Below are positions 46,912 to 61,939 of a stretch of DNA of 64,000 nt, one piece after another (the stretch's first letter is position 1; every line of letters begins with the position of its first letter). Location: assembly GCF_009914755.1 (NCBI RefSeq), contig NC_060938.1, one strand, 5' to 3'. A program made the position numbers and the translations under genes. The DNA is from the human T2T-CHM13v2.0 reference genome, Homo sapiens. The notes under the pieces were generated by a model, which was given only the letters and a program-made list of their open reading frames with translations, did not search any database and was not told the origin of the DNA.

Positions 46912-48214
46912 TTGCTTATTCTGTGCCATCTCCTCCATTTCTTTCCAGTCTCTTCTTGGAAAATGTATCACAAGTGAAGGAGAACAGCTTTTAAACCAGC
47001 TGATAGGAACTCAGAACTCGCGGCCTTGTTGCGGAGCATGTGGGAGAGTTCGATTCAGGCGGAGAAGGAGTGGGCACTCCTACTGAAAGCTGTTCACTTC
47101 TCGGGAGGTTTCAAACAGTTGCCTGCTGGGGTTCTGGGGCGGGGCCTCCCTTCCCGTGGGTGCTCTGGGCCCTTTGTGACCTTAGTGACGCAGCACTGCC
47201 ACCTGCATCATAGGCTTCCAGGCAGCTGCAGCGGAGGGAGGAGGCGGCGGGAGGGATAAGGAGACTCATTCTTCACTCGCATCAGGGTTTGGTGGCTGTT
47301 GTGACAATATTCTCCTTTCTCCCCTCTTCCTGCAGTCCATGCCTTGAGCTCCAAAAGCTTCTACAGGTTCCCAGAGCCTCATTTCTGATTCTCATGGGAA
47401 GGGGCCAGCCAGCAGCCCTGAGAATTCCATGGAAGCCCTCTCTTACAGAGCCTGGGCCTCCCTTCTCCTTATCCTTTTAGATACGTTGCAGCCATCTCCA
47501 CCGCTGCAAGTATTATAACCGCCTGGTTCCAAGATGTGCTGAGATCAGGAGCAGAGTCCCACCCTTCTCCTAAACAGAGCTGTCTTTTGTTTTTGTTTTT
47601 CTCTTTTCCTCCCTGAGACTTCTTATCTGAGGACAGAGCCCCTTCGCTGCCTGCTTCTCTTGGATGCGGCTTTGGGTTAGGCTGGCAGCAGCTAACTAAG
47701 GCCCACTCCCCGGCCATAGGGAGCGCTGAGTGCTTCTGTTATCCTGCCTGGAAAGCCCTTCATTAAAATTCAGAAAAACAAAGAGGCTCAACACATCAAA
47801 AACCCACTGGGGGGTTATTTTTGTGTGACTACGGTGCCCTTCCCCGGCGAGCCACATGGCTCCAGAACAGGCAGAGCGAATGCTTGTCTGTTAATTATAA
47901 ACTCGGGGATTTAGTGGCTTTAGGGTTCCATTTCCTCCTTTTCCAGAGTCACACTTTTAGCCCAGGCAGCCCCTCTTTGGAATAATTCCCATGGCCACTG
48001 AAAAGTTTCCATCCAGGCTAGTTTTGCTTGAGTCTACATCAGTCTGAAACCCAAAGGAGAAAGGCTGTATTTCTACTCCCTTAATTACTGGAAATCCAAC
48101 TGCCTCAGGACTCTGATAACCTTGGAGGTCTCCAGCCAGCCTGAGCAAGTGGCTAGGGGCTGACTTCCTTTCTCCCTTTATTTTACAACAGCAGCAACAA
48201 GATCTAACATGGAG

Positions 48215-48420
48215 CTCTCACTGCATGCCAGGTGCTGGGTTCAGCACACAGGAATGATCAGATTTCATCCTCACAGCCTCCCAGTAAAGCAGATGCTGTG
48301 GTTATCCCATTTTACAGATGAGGAAACAGACTCAGAGAGGTTAAGAGATCGCCCAAGATTATCCAGCTGAGTGGCAGAGCTGGAATTCCAAGTTCTGATG
48401 CCACAGCGCTTTACCACCTG
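48215..48420. mobile_element. MIR
   Basis: tatcccattttacagatgaggaaacagactcagagaggttaag. Confidence 0.85.
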
Positions 48421-49204
48421 TGTTTCTGTTACCCACTGCTGCCTTCATCTTGGGAAAGTAATCTAGTTTATAGCAGACAGAATTTACAAGTTCACTGGGA
48501 GAAAGAAGTCCACTGCCACCACCCCTCCCCGTCCCCACTCTTGTCTGTGGAGTGACCACAGAGCAGAGGGCTTCTGTCAGTCCCCTGGTGTGAAGCCTGG
48601 CAACATAGGTGAGCTCAAGAGTCCTGGCCCCAGGGCAGTGGGACTGGGTAGGAGCAGCTCTACGTTGAGCAAACTGAGCTCAGCCAAATCAGGTCCAGGC
48701 CACATGTGACTGAGTCTCCTATCACTTGTCCTGTGCCCTGATCATGTCCTGTCTGGGCTTCTTCCTTTACCCAGCATTTGCTCATCATGGCTTCAGGGTG
48801 CCAGAGGAATGGGATGTTGCAGAATCTATGACCGCCCAGTTCTCATCTGACATGGAAAATACCTTCCTTAGGTTACATCCAACGGTGTCATATACTTGAC
48901 TTCAGAGAGCCTTTCAGGAACATGGCCCAAGAGGGCAGTGACAGAATCAATAAGCATCCACAGGTAGCAGCAATATGGTTTTGTGCAGGTGTGGGGGAGC
49001 ATGAAGTGAAGAATCTTGGTGCTGCCATTTCTAGTAATACATGGCTTGTTAACCAGTTCCTTACCAGTTTCTCTTAGACGGGCTCAAGTCACTTCTGAGC
49101 AGGCTTGGGTAGCCCAGCTGGTCTCTGACAAAATCTCCCCTGGTGTCTTTGGCATTAGGTGGTCACGGCAGAGATGCCGTTCATAGGCCGGGCTGTGATG
49201 GGGA

Positions 49205-49610
49205 AGTTCATTACTTTGTGGAATAATTGATTGCCACTTCCCTCAGGCCAGGCTCTGGTCTAGACACTCCAGATACAGAACTAGACAGGCAAAACTCCCT
49301 TCCCTTATAGAGCTTACATTCTGGAAGGGGAGATGGACAAATAAAGTAAAATAGATAGTGTCTCAAGTGGTAAGAGATACTATAGAGAAAAATGAAGCCG
49401 GCACAGGGAAGGGAGTGCTGGGGAGGGGGGTCGTGATTTTTTAATAGGGCAATCGGGAGGCCTCCCTGAGAAGGGAGCATTTGGGCACACAACTGACAAG
49501 GTGAAGGAAGGAGTGAGACTGGTGCCCAGGGAACAGTGCTCTCAGTAGCAGGAACAGTATTTGCAAAAACCAGGAGGAAGGCATGTGCCTGACCTGTTGG
49601 AGGAGTGGCT
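49205..49610. mobile_element. L2 fragment
   Basis: agagcttacattctgg...ggaggcctccctgagaagg...ggcatgtgcctgacctgtt. Confidence 0.7.
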
Positions 49611-50749
49611 GGAAGTCAAGGTGCCCGGGGTGGGGGTGACAACGAAAGAGAAGGTTCTCTGGCTCGCTGTGCCCAAGGCCCGGCTTGTCACAGGAAAGGC
49701 CTCTGGGTGTCTGGGGTCCTCTCCCTCCTGTGATGACAGCATTCTCAGGCTTCCTTGGGCTTGACAGGCACACTATGGAAAACTTCCCTCAAACTACTGC
49801 ATGGCCTCTTCATGCCTTGGCCTGGAAGAGGCAGAACTATTGATGCTACATTGCAGGAGAGAACAATGAGCTCTGTCTGTCAGAGACCAGAGGCTGGGAG
49901 GCTGCTGCCAGCTCCCCACCAGGAAGGAGGGTGTGCCCACTGCACCAGACAGTCAGAGAGGCACTATAAGGCCCCTGCACGGAGTGCTCCCTGGGAACTC
50001 GGCTCCCAGTGAAGAGCTCAAGCCAGAAATTCATCCAGGCAGGCCGGCAGCTGAAGCTTAGGTCATCTCTATCCTTGACTGGTGGTTCATCTTTGCTAAA
50101 CCCCACGACACTCCAGATGGGCATTTATAACTACATGCTCTCACTGGAAACATGCCACCACCTGTTCAGTGTTGCTTGATCAAAATGTGTTACTGGCACA
50201 AATCAAGGCCTTCCTGCTTAGTAGGTAAGGGCGCTTCTGGGCTCATTGCTGCCAGAGACCTGCATGCAAAGTGCTGTTTACTGCAGAGAGATGTGGAAGC
50301 GTAGACTCTGCCTTGCTTGACCAAGCAGCACCATGCTTTTCTCCTTCAGGTCAAAGAGTCAATGGGGAAAAGGGTAGGTAGAGGGAATAGGAGTAAATAA
50401 CAGTGGCAAAGAGCACAGGTTCTAGAATCAGGCAGAATGGGGCTCCAGTCCCAGCTCTGCCTTGTAGCTCTGGGCCCTGGAGCAAGCTGCTTTCCCTTTC
50501 TGATCCTGTTTTCTAATCTGGAAAATGGGATGATATTAATATTGTCTTCTTGGGATTGTGGCGCCCAGTAAAAGCCAGCTGCTGTTATTGGATTTGAGAA
50601 CTGGATAAGATTGAAAAGTTAACGTAGGAAAAGTGACAGTTTATGGCAACAGTGCCTGCAGTTTGCTAGGGGGTATCACCTTCATCTCCCCTCATGAATC
50701 ACTTCTCAGCCATGGATGGAAAGATGGCTTGGCACCAGGTTTTGTTTTG

Positions 50750-51285
50750 TTTTGTTATTTGTAACAGCTTTATTTAGATAAAAGTTGTGTGCCGTAAAAT
50801 TAAGAGTACACAATTGAAGTTGTACAATTCAGTGATTTTTAGGAAATATATGAGTTTCTGCAGCCATCACCATAATCCTGTTCTAGAACATTTTCCTCAT
50901 CCTACAGAATTCCCTTGTGTCCATTTACAGTTAATTCCTGCTTTCATCCCCAGCCTTGGGCAACTGCTCTCCGGCCCCATCAGTTTGCTGATTCTGGACA
51001 GTCCTGAGTAGCTGGGATTACAGGCGTGTGCCACCATGCCCGGCTAATTTTTGTATTTTCAGTAGAGACAGGGTTTCACCATGTTGGCCAGGCTGGTCTC
51101 GAACTCCTGAGCTCAAGTGATTCGCCTGCCTCGGCCCCACAAAGTGCTGGGATTACAGGTGTGAGCACTGTGCCCGGCTGCACAGATGTTTTCATTCCAC
51201 CTAGGTAGATTCCTAGGAATTAAATTGCTGGATCATATGGTATGTTTACGTTTAACTTTTAAGAAACTGCCAAACTGTTTTTCAG
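50750..51285 (-). mobile_element. L1 3' fragment with a tailless Alu remnant (51003-51179)
   Basis: acagctttatttagata...tagaacattttc; Alu starts mid-right-arm; L1 resumes with aattgctggatcatatggt. Confidence 0.8.
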
Positions 51286-51722
51286 GGCCTCAGTTCTTTA
51301 GGATATCAGGGTTAAGTAAGTACTTTTTTCTTGTTTCCTGTCCTTAATTTTTTCAAAGGCTGCTGTTGAGTTTGTGGGAGGCATATTCTTCTGATTCCTC
51401 CCTCCCTGCCTTCTTCCTATCATTGAGTTTATCTCTGCTTTGAGAACATAGGCCTCATCTGTCTGTATTCCCCACTAGCCTGTAAGCTCTTCCAGTCCAA
51501 GACTAGGTGTTGATCGCATTTCTATCCAACTGCATGCCTATTCCAGGAGTTCAAAGTCAAATAAAGCACACTCCTGACCTCTAGAAACTCACAAGCTAGC
51601 AAATAAATAGTGTGTGAGTGAAGGAGCCCATATGATCTGCAAAATACAGATGGGAGGAGAGAGAGAGGGATACTTCGCCCACCAAGAAATAACAGAGGTG
51701 GGGCTGATTTGCTTTGAGCGAA

Positions 51723-51923
51723 GGCCACTTGGTTCTTGTAAAGTTTTACAGGAACACAGCCATGCTCATTTGTTTACGTGCTCATTTGTTTACAACAGCT
51801 CATTTGTCGATGGCTGCCTTTATGCTACAAGGGGCAGAACTTAGTTGTGACAGAGATCGTCTGGCCTACAACGCCTAAAATATTAGCTATCTGCCGCTTT
51901 GCAGAAAAATGTTGCCAACCCCT
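51723..51923. mobile_element. MER58A-like hAT-Charlie element
   Basis: gtaaagttttacaggaacacagccatgctcatttgtttac...gaaaaatgttgccaacccct; gctcatttgt is triplicated. Confidence 0.8.
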
Positions 51924-53294
51924 CCTTAGAGGAGAGAATGAAGATGAGAAATAACAAACCTGCGTGCTCTCAAAGTTCAGCTGCTTGTTTCTATCCAGGA
52001 AATTCATTGCAGCAGGAGTGATTTGAGTTAAATGTAAGGAAAGACTAGAAGGGTGGGGAGATTCTGGCCCCTAAAGGAGAGACAACCTTTCTTTAAGAAA
52101 AGGAAACGAGCACTCATCAGTTCCAGGAACAGGGACATGATCTATCTGGAGACAAAAAAGCTGGAAAGGGGGACATCTGGCTCCTTCTTGGCCCTTTGAT
52201 CCTACTTGGGATGTGGGGGTGAGGAAGTCTCTAGGAGCCAAATGCCTTTGTCAGCGGGCTCAGGATATTGAAGAGAAGGCCCAGTGGAGTGGGTGTTAGA
52301 AGCAAGGGAAGGGGAAAATGTTGATTTTTCTTTTGGCAAGGCAGAAATCAGAAAGCAAGGGTGGTGGGAGCAGAACGAGGAAGAAGCCGTTCTTCTGTGG
52401 CTGTGCCGGAGTGAATTAATTCACGGCATATGTTCCTAGCATCTGTCGTGGTGACCTGGACTGGAGGGGTCAGTGAGAGAGGAGACCATGCCAGGACTGA
52501 GCATTAGCCCAGAATTCCCAGGCTGCAGGGGCTCTTGGCTCCCACCGAACGCTGGCTGGCCAGCCCACCCAGGAACAGCTGCTGCAGCTGCAGCCACCAG
52601 CGCTGCCTCGGGGAGGAGGGAGAGCATCCCCTTCCTGTGCTCCCCACAAGAAAACACCTGGCCAAGGAGGGGCTGGGAGAAGACCAGAAAGAATCCTGCA
52701 GAACGCTATCTCTTCCAGACCTTTAGCGGCGGTAGATTCCACCCAGCAGCCACACGTCCGCCAGCAGACTGCAGGTGTGTCCCCAAAGGACAGCACAGGA
52801 GGGGTGAGAGAGCCACAGCCCTGAATGGAGAATGAACAAGAATTTGGGGACTTCCTCTTAAGTGTCAGTCCCAGAATTTCCCTGGATGCTATGTGGGCTG
52901 CGTGGTGCTGAAGTGTCCCTTGTGAGTTGATGGTCAGCCCAGAGGAAGCAAGGCAGGCAGGCGTGGTGGCTGAGAATGGGATGATGCCAGGTTCACATCT
53001 GTGCTCTTCCACGTCGCAGCTGTACGACCTTGGGTATGTTCTCATAACTCCTTGAGCCTCAGTTTTCTCATCTGTGGAGTGACGCTGAAAATCATTCCTG
53101 AATCACAGGGCTATTGTGATGATTAAATGAGCTGATGCTTGTTGAGCTGATGCTTGTTAAGTGTCTGGCACAAAGTAAGCCCTCAATGAAGATTAGTTCT
53201 GATCACATTGAATGGGCAGGCAGTGGTCACTTGTTGTGCCTGATCATAAATCACAGGGCATTAGGACCTGACCGGACCTGAGTGGGCATCTACC

Positions 53295-53888
<594 letters not shown>

Positions 53889-55836
53889 TTAGAGCAGCTA
53901 TTGACTGGAGCTGAGAAGCAACAGCTTTTAATGAGTAGCAGGTGATCAGCCCACGTGCTTCCGCGGACGCATTCCTGCCTGGCCACGCAGGCATTCACTT
54001 TAAGAGCCCTGCCCAATCTTCTCATTTTACCAGTGAGGATCCTGTCCCCCAACGACACTTATCCAACCAAGGTCATGTTCCTGAGCCTGGACCCTGGTTA
54101 CTAACAAAAGCCAGCATCCTTTGTCAGTAACCAGGGCCCTTGCCTGCCATCTAACCTCACATCATGCAAGCTGTGGAGAAGGCCCAGTTTCCCTACCACG
54201 GGTTCTCCTCCTCTGATCAGTCTAACTCTGTGTCTGGCACACATCTGACAAGAGTTGAAGCAGAGTCCTAGGCTATTTCCAGGACCAGTAACAGGACCCT
54301 TTGCCAGGTGCCCAACGTGGATGGTGTCTGTCCTGTGCTCAGCTGTCACAGGAAAAGGTGGGAGGTTTGCCTTCTTCCTTCTCCGGCCTCCGCCGGTGTA
54401 GGCATTATAAAGAGGCCTCGGGGGCCACCTAGCAGCCAGCAGCGTCTCTACACAGGCCACTCCGTGTCCAGGCTGAGACCATGTGCTTCCCAGCCTGTGA
54501 CTGAACATGGCAGTGGTACAAGGGCTCACCATTTCTGGCCAGCACAGGACTTTCTGCTGCAATCTTTGCACGGCGTTCCCCGTGGGGAGGCCAGAACTTT
54601 CTCCAAGCTGTGCTGCTGTCTGAGACACTTGCCCTCCAGTCCTCCTTCCTGCCCTCTCCCCTTTCTCAGGCCTCAGACCCTCATCACCACCTGAAGGCTT
54701 TTCCTGCTCCTGCTCCTTCGCCTCCCCCTTGATCTTTCCCAGGAATTACCCTCAGTAAATCTCCTGCACTTCCAGCTCCGCGTTGGTGTCTGCTTCCCAG
54801 ATGAGCCAAACAGAGAGCTGGTGGTGGCCCAGCTAGACTCAGGGGGCAACAACTCCTGGCCAGGGCTGAGAAGACACAGCCTGTTACAGGGATAGGGAGC
54901 AGGCTCACCTCCAAAGCCAGATGGCTCATGAACCCTAGTGTGGGTGAGATTCAGGTCAGGGATCCCCGGTGGGGCGCCAGTAGCAGATCCCTCTTTCATT
55001 CAGGTAAGCACCAATGTGGAATCCAACCCAACTGAGAAGGCCTGAAAAAGAGGAGCTGGAAGCCCCTCAGGGGGCACTCGGCAAGAATTTGGTCCCCTCT
55101 CAGCAGGAGTAGAAGCCAACTTGGTGTCTTCTTGCTGAGGTAGGGCACGGATAGCCTCTGTTGGTGGCTTTATGGGCAGAGAACAAGGGATATCATGACA
55201 TACTAGGCCTGCCAGGAGACAGGAGATGCCTGCCCTCTATAGCGACACCTGTTGCCTCTCAGGATCTGGGGATCATCTCTGGATGTGGGAGAAGAGATGT
55301 AGAAGCAGTTGCACCCCAGACCTTGCCGGGGCAGGTGCCGGGAAGTAAAGCCACCTCTCTGATATGGCAGAAGGGGGCAGGGCATGCTCTGATGGCAGAG
55401 CAGAGGCTACTGTGGGTTTTGTGAAGGGGCCAGCTTGTTCTGACAGGAGAGGAAGGACCGCTTCCCACCATCCCTAAGGCACAAGGCCCTCCAACGTGGT
55501 CTTGCAGTTGTAAGGACAAAGGCAGTAGAACACAGGTTGAACAGGAAGGTGCCTCTCTAGGTGGAGACTGAGGCTACATAGATGGGGGAGATGGCACTTA
55601 GTAGGAGAACTAAGCAAAGAGGGAAAAAATTATTTAGCTCTTTAGGGAACAGAAATTAACCAACCTAGGGGAGTGGGGCAGGGCAAGGATTGACTTTAAA
55701 GGAACCAGAGAGAAAGTTGCTGAGGGGTGGGGATTAGGGGGTGGAAATGTTCCATATCTTGATTGTGGTGGCAGTCATATGTCCGTTTGTTGTATTTGAA
55801 AACCTCATGAAACCTTACGCTTTAAAAAAAGATGAA

Positions 55837-56119
55837 TTTTGTTGTTGTTGAGACAGAGTTTTGCTCTGTTACCCAGGCTGAAGTGCAATGGCACGATCTT
55901 GGCTCACTGCAACCTCCAGCTTCTGGGTTCCTCCTGCCTCAGCCTCCGAAGTAGCTGGGATTACAGGCGTTTGTGACCACGTCTGGCTAATTTTTGTATT
56001 TTTAATAGAGATGGGGTTTTGCCATGTTGGCCAGGTTGGTCTTGAACTCCTGGCATCAAGTGATCTGCCCCGTCCACCTCGGCCTCCCAAAGTACTGGGA
56101 TTACTTTTTTGCACGTGGC
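55837..56119 (-). mobile_element. AluS element inside an L1 3' remnant
   Basis: Antisense dimer; aaaaaa(g)gatga-tttt on both sides. Confidence 0.85.
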
Positions 56120-56256
56120 CAAAAAAGGATGATTTTTATTGTATGTGATTCATACCCCAATGAACCAGACTATAAAGATTTTCCCCCATCAGCCCTCACC
56201 ATCTCAGGTGGGTGAGTTGGGGAGCTCCTGTCTGTCCCCCACCGTCTCTGGCATTT

Positions 56257-57420
56257 TGCAGCATTCCCCAACCCCCTGAGAGCTAGGTCAGGAAGCAGAG
56301 GGGCCTTCAATGCCCCCCAGGGAGTGCCCCTCAGCCAAGACCCCAGGGCAGGGCACTGTGCAGGCTCAGAGCTAGCCTTTCAATTTCATCTTCAGTTTTG
56401 TTTTCCATGATTACATTTGGAAAGGAAAATCTAGCAGATTTGACTATTGGAGAGAGCAGATGGTCCAATTTGAAGTAAAACACAGGCATTTGGGAGCTGT
56501 TTTTGACATTCTTGTGGAAGTGCAGGTTTGTTGAGCCCAGATTAGGGAGGACACAGGGAAACTTGAGGGCCCCAGGCTGTTTAAAAAGTCCATCACCCCG
56601 AGAGAGCAGGATGTGCCATCTTTTGCATTGCAATCGTATTTTTGACCTGGAGGATATAAGAACTTTTGATGCCAGATCTTTAAAAAAAATAATAATAATA
56701 ATACCCCTTTTAAAGGTCACACAATCCTATTTTTTAAATATCATCTTTATTTAAACAATTAATGCATATTCACTAAATGTAAAGCTATATATTTAAATAT
56801 ATTAAAAATCCCTTTTCACTCTGCTCTGCCCCCACCCATTCCACAGCCCTCCCCAGAGGTGAGCAGGGTGTGCCCTTTCAGATAATTCAGGGCACTGATG
56901 TACACATAGGTGGACAAATAGAGACCAGGAGCTTGGCTTTCTTTATGTAATTGGAGCCACTCTGCAAGTATGGCCTGTAACTTGCTTTTTCCTCTTGCCA
57001 GCACACCTTGCAGAACTTTCCCATCGGTGCCTCTCTTCTCGTTCTGTCGGTGCCTCTCTCCTCGTTCTGTCGGTGCCTCTCTCCTTGTTCTGTCGGTGAC
57101 TCTCTACTCATTCTTTTCAGTGGTGCACTTTACGCCATAGATTCCCCATCCACAATTCGGTTTCCTCGTTAACCCCCACCAGGGATGACCGTTCAGATTG
57201 AGCCTGCTTCCTTCCACCGCCTTCTCATGACAACCTGGCAGGGACCCTGTTCCAGCCCAGCACTGGCTCACCTCCAAATTCTTTCTGCCAGACTGCAGCA
57301 TCCCCTGAGCCCCTGAGAGCTAGATCAGGAGGCACAGGGCCCTCCAGTGCCCCCTCAGGCAGTGCCCCTCAGCCAAGACCCCAGGCCAGGGCGCTGTGCA
57401 GGCTCAGAGCTAGCCTTTCA
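56257..57420 (+). repeat. Dispersed ~126-bp direct repeat pair (56257-56382, 57294-57420)
   Basis: About 88% identity by manual alignment. Confidence 0.92.
57024..57114. repeat. Minisatellite, ~4 x 23 bp (TCGGTGCCTCTCTCCTCGTTCTG)
   Basis: Three near-identical units plus one diverged unit. Confidence 0.92.
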
Positions 57421-59054
57421 GCATGCTGGAAGGACAGGCGTCTGTTTGACTCTTTTCTAATGACCTGCTGGGTAAGAAAGTGGCAGAGGGAGCACTCGTC
57501 TTCTGGGATGGTTTTTCCAAGGCAATGGGGGTGAGGGGGAGCCAGAGGGGCTAGACCACGTGGGGAGGACACAGTGGCCCATGCCGGAGCAAGGAGGCCT
57601 GGCTTGAAGAGCTAAGCCAGTCTGTATTTGGGGTGGGGTGTCATATTTGGACTTAGAAGGAAAATCAGGGTTGGTATCTCCTGAGGGCCCTTTGAGCATT
57701 TGTTTTTAATGCATATTGGGAAGTGCTCTGTGGCCAGACACCGTGTTAGGTGCTATTCACCTAGATGGCTTTGCACGTGGTTAAGACTAAGAGTAAAGTC
57801 CCTGCAGGGCCCGTGTTAGCTGTGTCTTCCTTCATCCCTGCAGTGCCCTTGTTAGCTATGTCTTCCTGCATGTTACCAACCTCCAATAATAATACTAACG
57901 AACATGTCTGAAGCTCTTACCAGTTGTCAGGCAACGTGCAAAATGCTTTCTGTACATTATCCCACTCAGTCTTCTCAATTGTGAGGTGGGTACTGCAATC
58001 ATGCCCATTTCAGAGAGAAGAGAAACTGAGGCTTAAGCCCAGGCCTTTCTCATTCCATCCTCAAGAAGCACCAGATGAGTGAGTAGTGTCCGTCCCTGTT
58101 TTGTGTTTCTGTTGATGATCTGCTGGATCCTCTTCCTGACTTGGGGTGCAGCAAAGTTCTGTCCCTCCTCTGGGGTCTCCCTCAGTGAGGAACACACATC
58201 CATGGTCAATGCCGGGTGGCTCTGCCCCTTGGAAGCTCTGCCCATTGACTTTGCATAAAGGGAGCACTGAACCCAGGGAGTCTCACCTTGCACCAAGGAC
58301 ATCAGGTTTTCCTTCTGACCACCTTTAAGTGGGCCACTAAGTTGTTTTCCTTGAGTCTAGAGGCAAAATGGCAACACCTGCCAGGAAGGGTTTCTCAGAG
58401 GTAGCCACCTGGCCCTGGTCCACCTGCATCTGAAGCACCTGCAGGGCTTATTAAACATACAGGTTCCTGGGCCCCTTGACCTACTGGGTTAGAGTCTGAC
58501 GGCAGGAAAGACCTGAGACTATGCATTTTAAATAAGCGCCTTCCCAAAGCCCTACCCCATTCGAGAACCTTTGTCTAAGGCAGAGAGGTTGCAAACTGTT
58601 GGCTCACGGTAAAAACAAGAAGACCTCTGCTAGTTTGAAAGATCTGGCAATGCCAAGCCTACTTTCCCTCATGGCACTGACTGGAGACCCTGGGACAGGG
58701 CTTAGGCTGTCTCTCCAGCTCCCCCATTCCCTGCCTGTTCTCTTCCTGTGGTTTCTGTGGACATTTTGAGTTTGTGACCACTGGTCAAAGGAGATGGCAG
58801 TGGTAATGTCTGTCAGCGCCAATGCCAGGTGACCAAGGCTTGACAAGCAAGGCCAATTCTGGTGCGCGACTCCTCCCTGTACGCAGGTGGCACTTTTGCC
58901 CTCCTTTGTAGAGCTCACGTAGGAGGCACAGGTTCACCCCTCCCCACCCTCCTACTGTCTGTCCTTTGCCAGCTGCTGCCACATGTATTTTCTGAATGAT
59001 CTGGACATGAAATAGGCCCGTGCTCCAGGTCGAATACCCTCCCTGGTGTAAGAT

Positions 59055-59225
59055 CAGTGTTTCTCAAAGCAGTTTACAGACCACCTGCACCAGATCCCCT
59101 AGGGGGAGCTTACAAAATGCAGATGCCTGTCTTCCACCCTAGACCTAGGGAATCAGAATCTCTGTGGTGGGGCCTGGGAATCTGCATTTTGAACACAGGC
59201 CCACAGGTGATTTTCATGAACCTGT
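59055..59225. mobile_element. MER5A-like element (similar relics at ~58390-58575 and ~59795-59980)
   Basis: cagtgtttctcaaag...aaaatgcagatgcct...gaatcagaatctctg...gaatctgcatttt. Confidence 0.75.
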
Positions 59226-60319
59226 GGGGACTGACAGCCCCCTGGTCTTCTGGAGAAAAGAGAGTGAATGTAGGTTCATTGAGGCCCTGGTCAAATAGGC
59301 CTCCTGGGACTTCAGCCTCCCTGAAAGAAGAAGGCCCTTTCCTCTGCCTGGCCAGAGCCTCTCCCACAGGTTCCCCACTGCGCCCCAGGGCAACAGGCAC
59401 CCAGGGCTCAGCTCTTTATCAGATTTCATCTCCTGTCACTTTCAGAACCAGCTCATTATTCCTTTATTATTCCCACTCTCCTGCTTATCATTATTAATAA
59501 TCACTCCAGACAGGCCAGGGTGCTGACAGGTCCCCCTTGTCCATTCTTTTTGTCTGTTTTAATCCTGCGTGCTTATCTGGCACTGACCTGATCTTTTCCC
59601 CATTTAATTAAGCAGTGCTGGTCAGTCCACTGCGGCCCATGTGGAGATGGGACTGATCAGCTCTCCCGATAGGCAGAGGAGTGATGGCCACCCTCCAGGA
59701 GGGGCACGAGGGAATGGGCAGGAATCCCCGGAGCAGCCACATTGGGTCCAGAGGCCTGGGGAGCCAGGAGTGGCTGATAACCAGTACCCATTGAAAAGCA
59801 ATGCTTCTCAAACCTCAGTAAGTTCCAGAATCACCAGGACGGCCTACTAAAACCCAGATGACTGGGCCTCACCCTCAGTGCTTCTAATTCAGTAGGTTCG
59901 TCTGGGGAGCGGTCATGAATCTACATTCCTAATAAACACCCAGCTGGTGCTGCCACTGCCAGTGCAAGGACCACATTGTCACTGTGTTCGTGGGCTGACC
60001 TTGGCCTAGTGATGGACACTGGCCAGGCCAAAGGGGGTCTTGTTCTGATTGGATTAAAGAAGAGACCTCGGCAGAGGAAACTGATTACAGTCTTCAGGGA
60101 CTGAGCCGGGGCTGCTCAGGACTACAAAGGGAAGGGAGGGATATGGATTCAACATGTGGTTTTGAGAGACAACCCAGTCTTAGTGATGCTAGGAGCAGTG
60201 AAAGAGAGAAAGTAAAGATGCCTCCATGGTTTTGAGCAGCTGGGAATATGGTGGTGCTTGACAGAGATAAGTACCAAGGGAATCCAAGGGGGTGACGCAG
60301 GGATACACTGAAGTTGGCA

Positions 60320-60849
<530 letters not shown>

Positions 60850-61109
60850 TCACTCTGCCATCTCTTGTGTGATTGGCACGTCCATTTCTGACGTCATAAG
60901 AGACAAAATGGAAAGTCATGGGGCTCAAGAGTCATCACTCAGAGTCTTATAGTGGAAGTGCTGCAAATAGGAAAACATAATGGGTAAAATCCTCAGAGGA
61001 GCTGCTGGCATGATCCAGGGAGGGGTGCCATCGTCATCATTCACACAAAGTCAACCACCTTCAGGAGAACAGAATCAGACTCTGTGAATAGAAGTTTATT
61101 TCTTTAAAC

Positions 61110-61330
61110 TACCATTTACTGCACATTTACTCTGTTCCAGACACTGCACAAAGCCCTTTAATAGAGCACTTCATCCTTGCAAAAGCCCTGTGGAGTGTGT
61201 ATTATTTTCCCCCTTGTGCAGATGAGGAAACTGAGGCAGAAGCACAGTAACTTGCCTAGAGAGTGAGAAAACCAACCCATTAGGCCCGAGCGTGTATCTG
61301 GAGCTGAATGCTGTCTGGGCCAGGCTGTCA
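61110..61330. mobile_element. MIR
   Basis: cagatgaggaaactgaggcaga...gtaacttgcc. Confidence 0.8.
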
Positions 61331-61939
61331 GTACAAAGGACCAGAGAGCTCCAGGCTGACACGGATGGGGGCGCCGTGGGATGGAAGCTGTGTGTGTGTG
61401 TGCGTCTGGGTGCTGCAGGAAGATGCGCAGATACACAAGTGCCAGCCAAAGATGGAAGGATTTATAGCAATTAAAATGTTTTGCCTGGGAGCTGTTTGGA
61501 GCCTTTTTTTTTTTTTTTTTTTTTTGAGGCGAGAGTTTTCTGACTCCAAGGTGTTAACAGACCCTCTAAATGGTTTTGTTTTTTAATTGCAGCAAATGAC
61601 TGCACAGCCATTAGATTTTGCCTCTCTGCAGTTGTTTCTGAGTCCTTTCAGGCCTCCTCCTCCTATTTATTCTGTTTAATTCAGTCAGGTAGCTCCGGGG
61701 CAATGGAGATCAATACCTCTCTTTGATAGAAAAGAGTCAAGTTTGAAACCTAGAGATAAAACTGACACATTTTGTATAAATTTAATTAAAAATGCACCTT
61801 TAGTGGCTTGTTGCCAGCACAAAGCCAAGGGTCTGTCTCTCTATCTGCCTCTCCCTCCCCCTTTCTCTCTCCCTCTCTCTCTTCCTCGGCTTCTCCCGTC
61901 TCTCCTTCATTTCTTGTTCCTAATAGGGAGATCTCTATA

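Noticed and set aside
56257-57420. Intact miniature LTR retrotransposon
   Set aside because: No tRNA primer-binding site, no polypurine tract, only 4/6 flank match; kept only as a local duplication.
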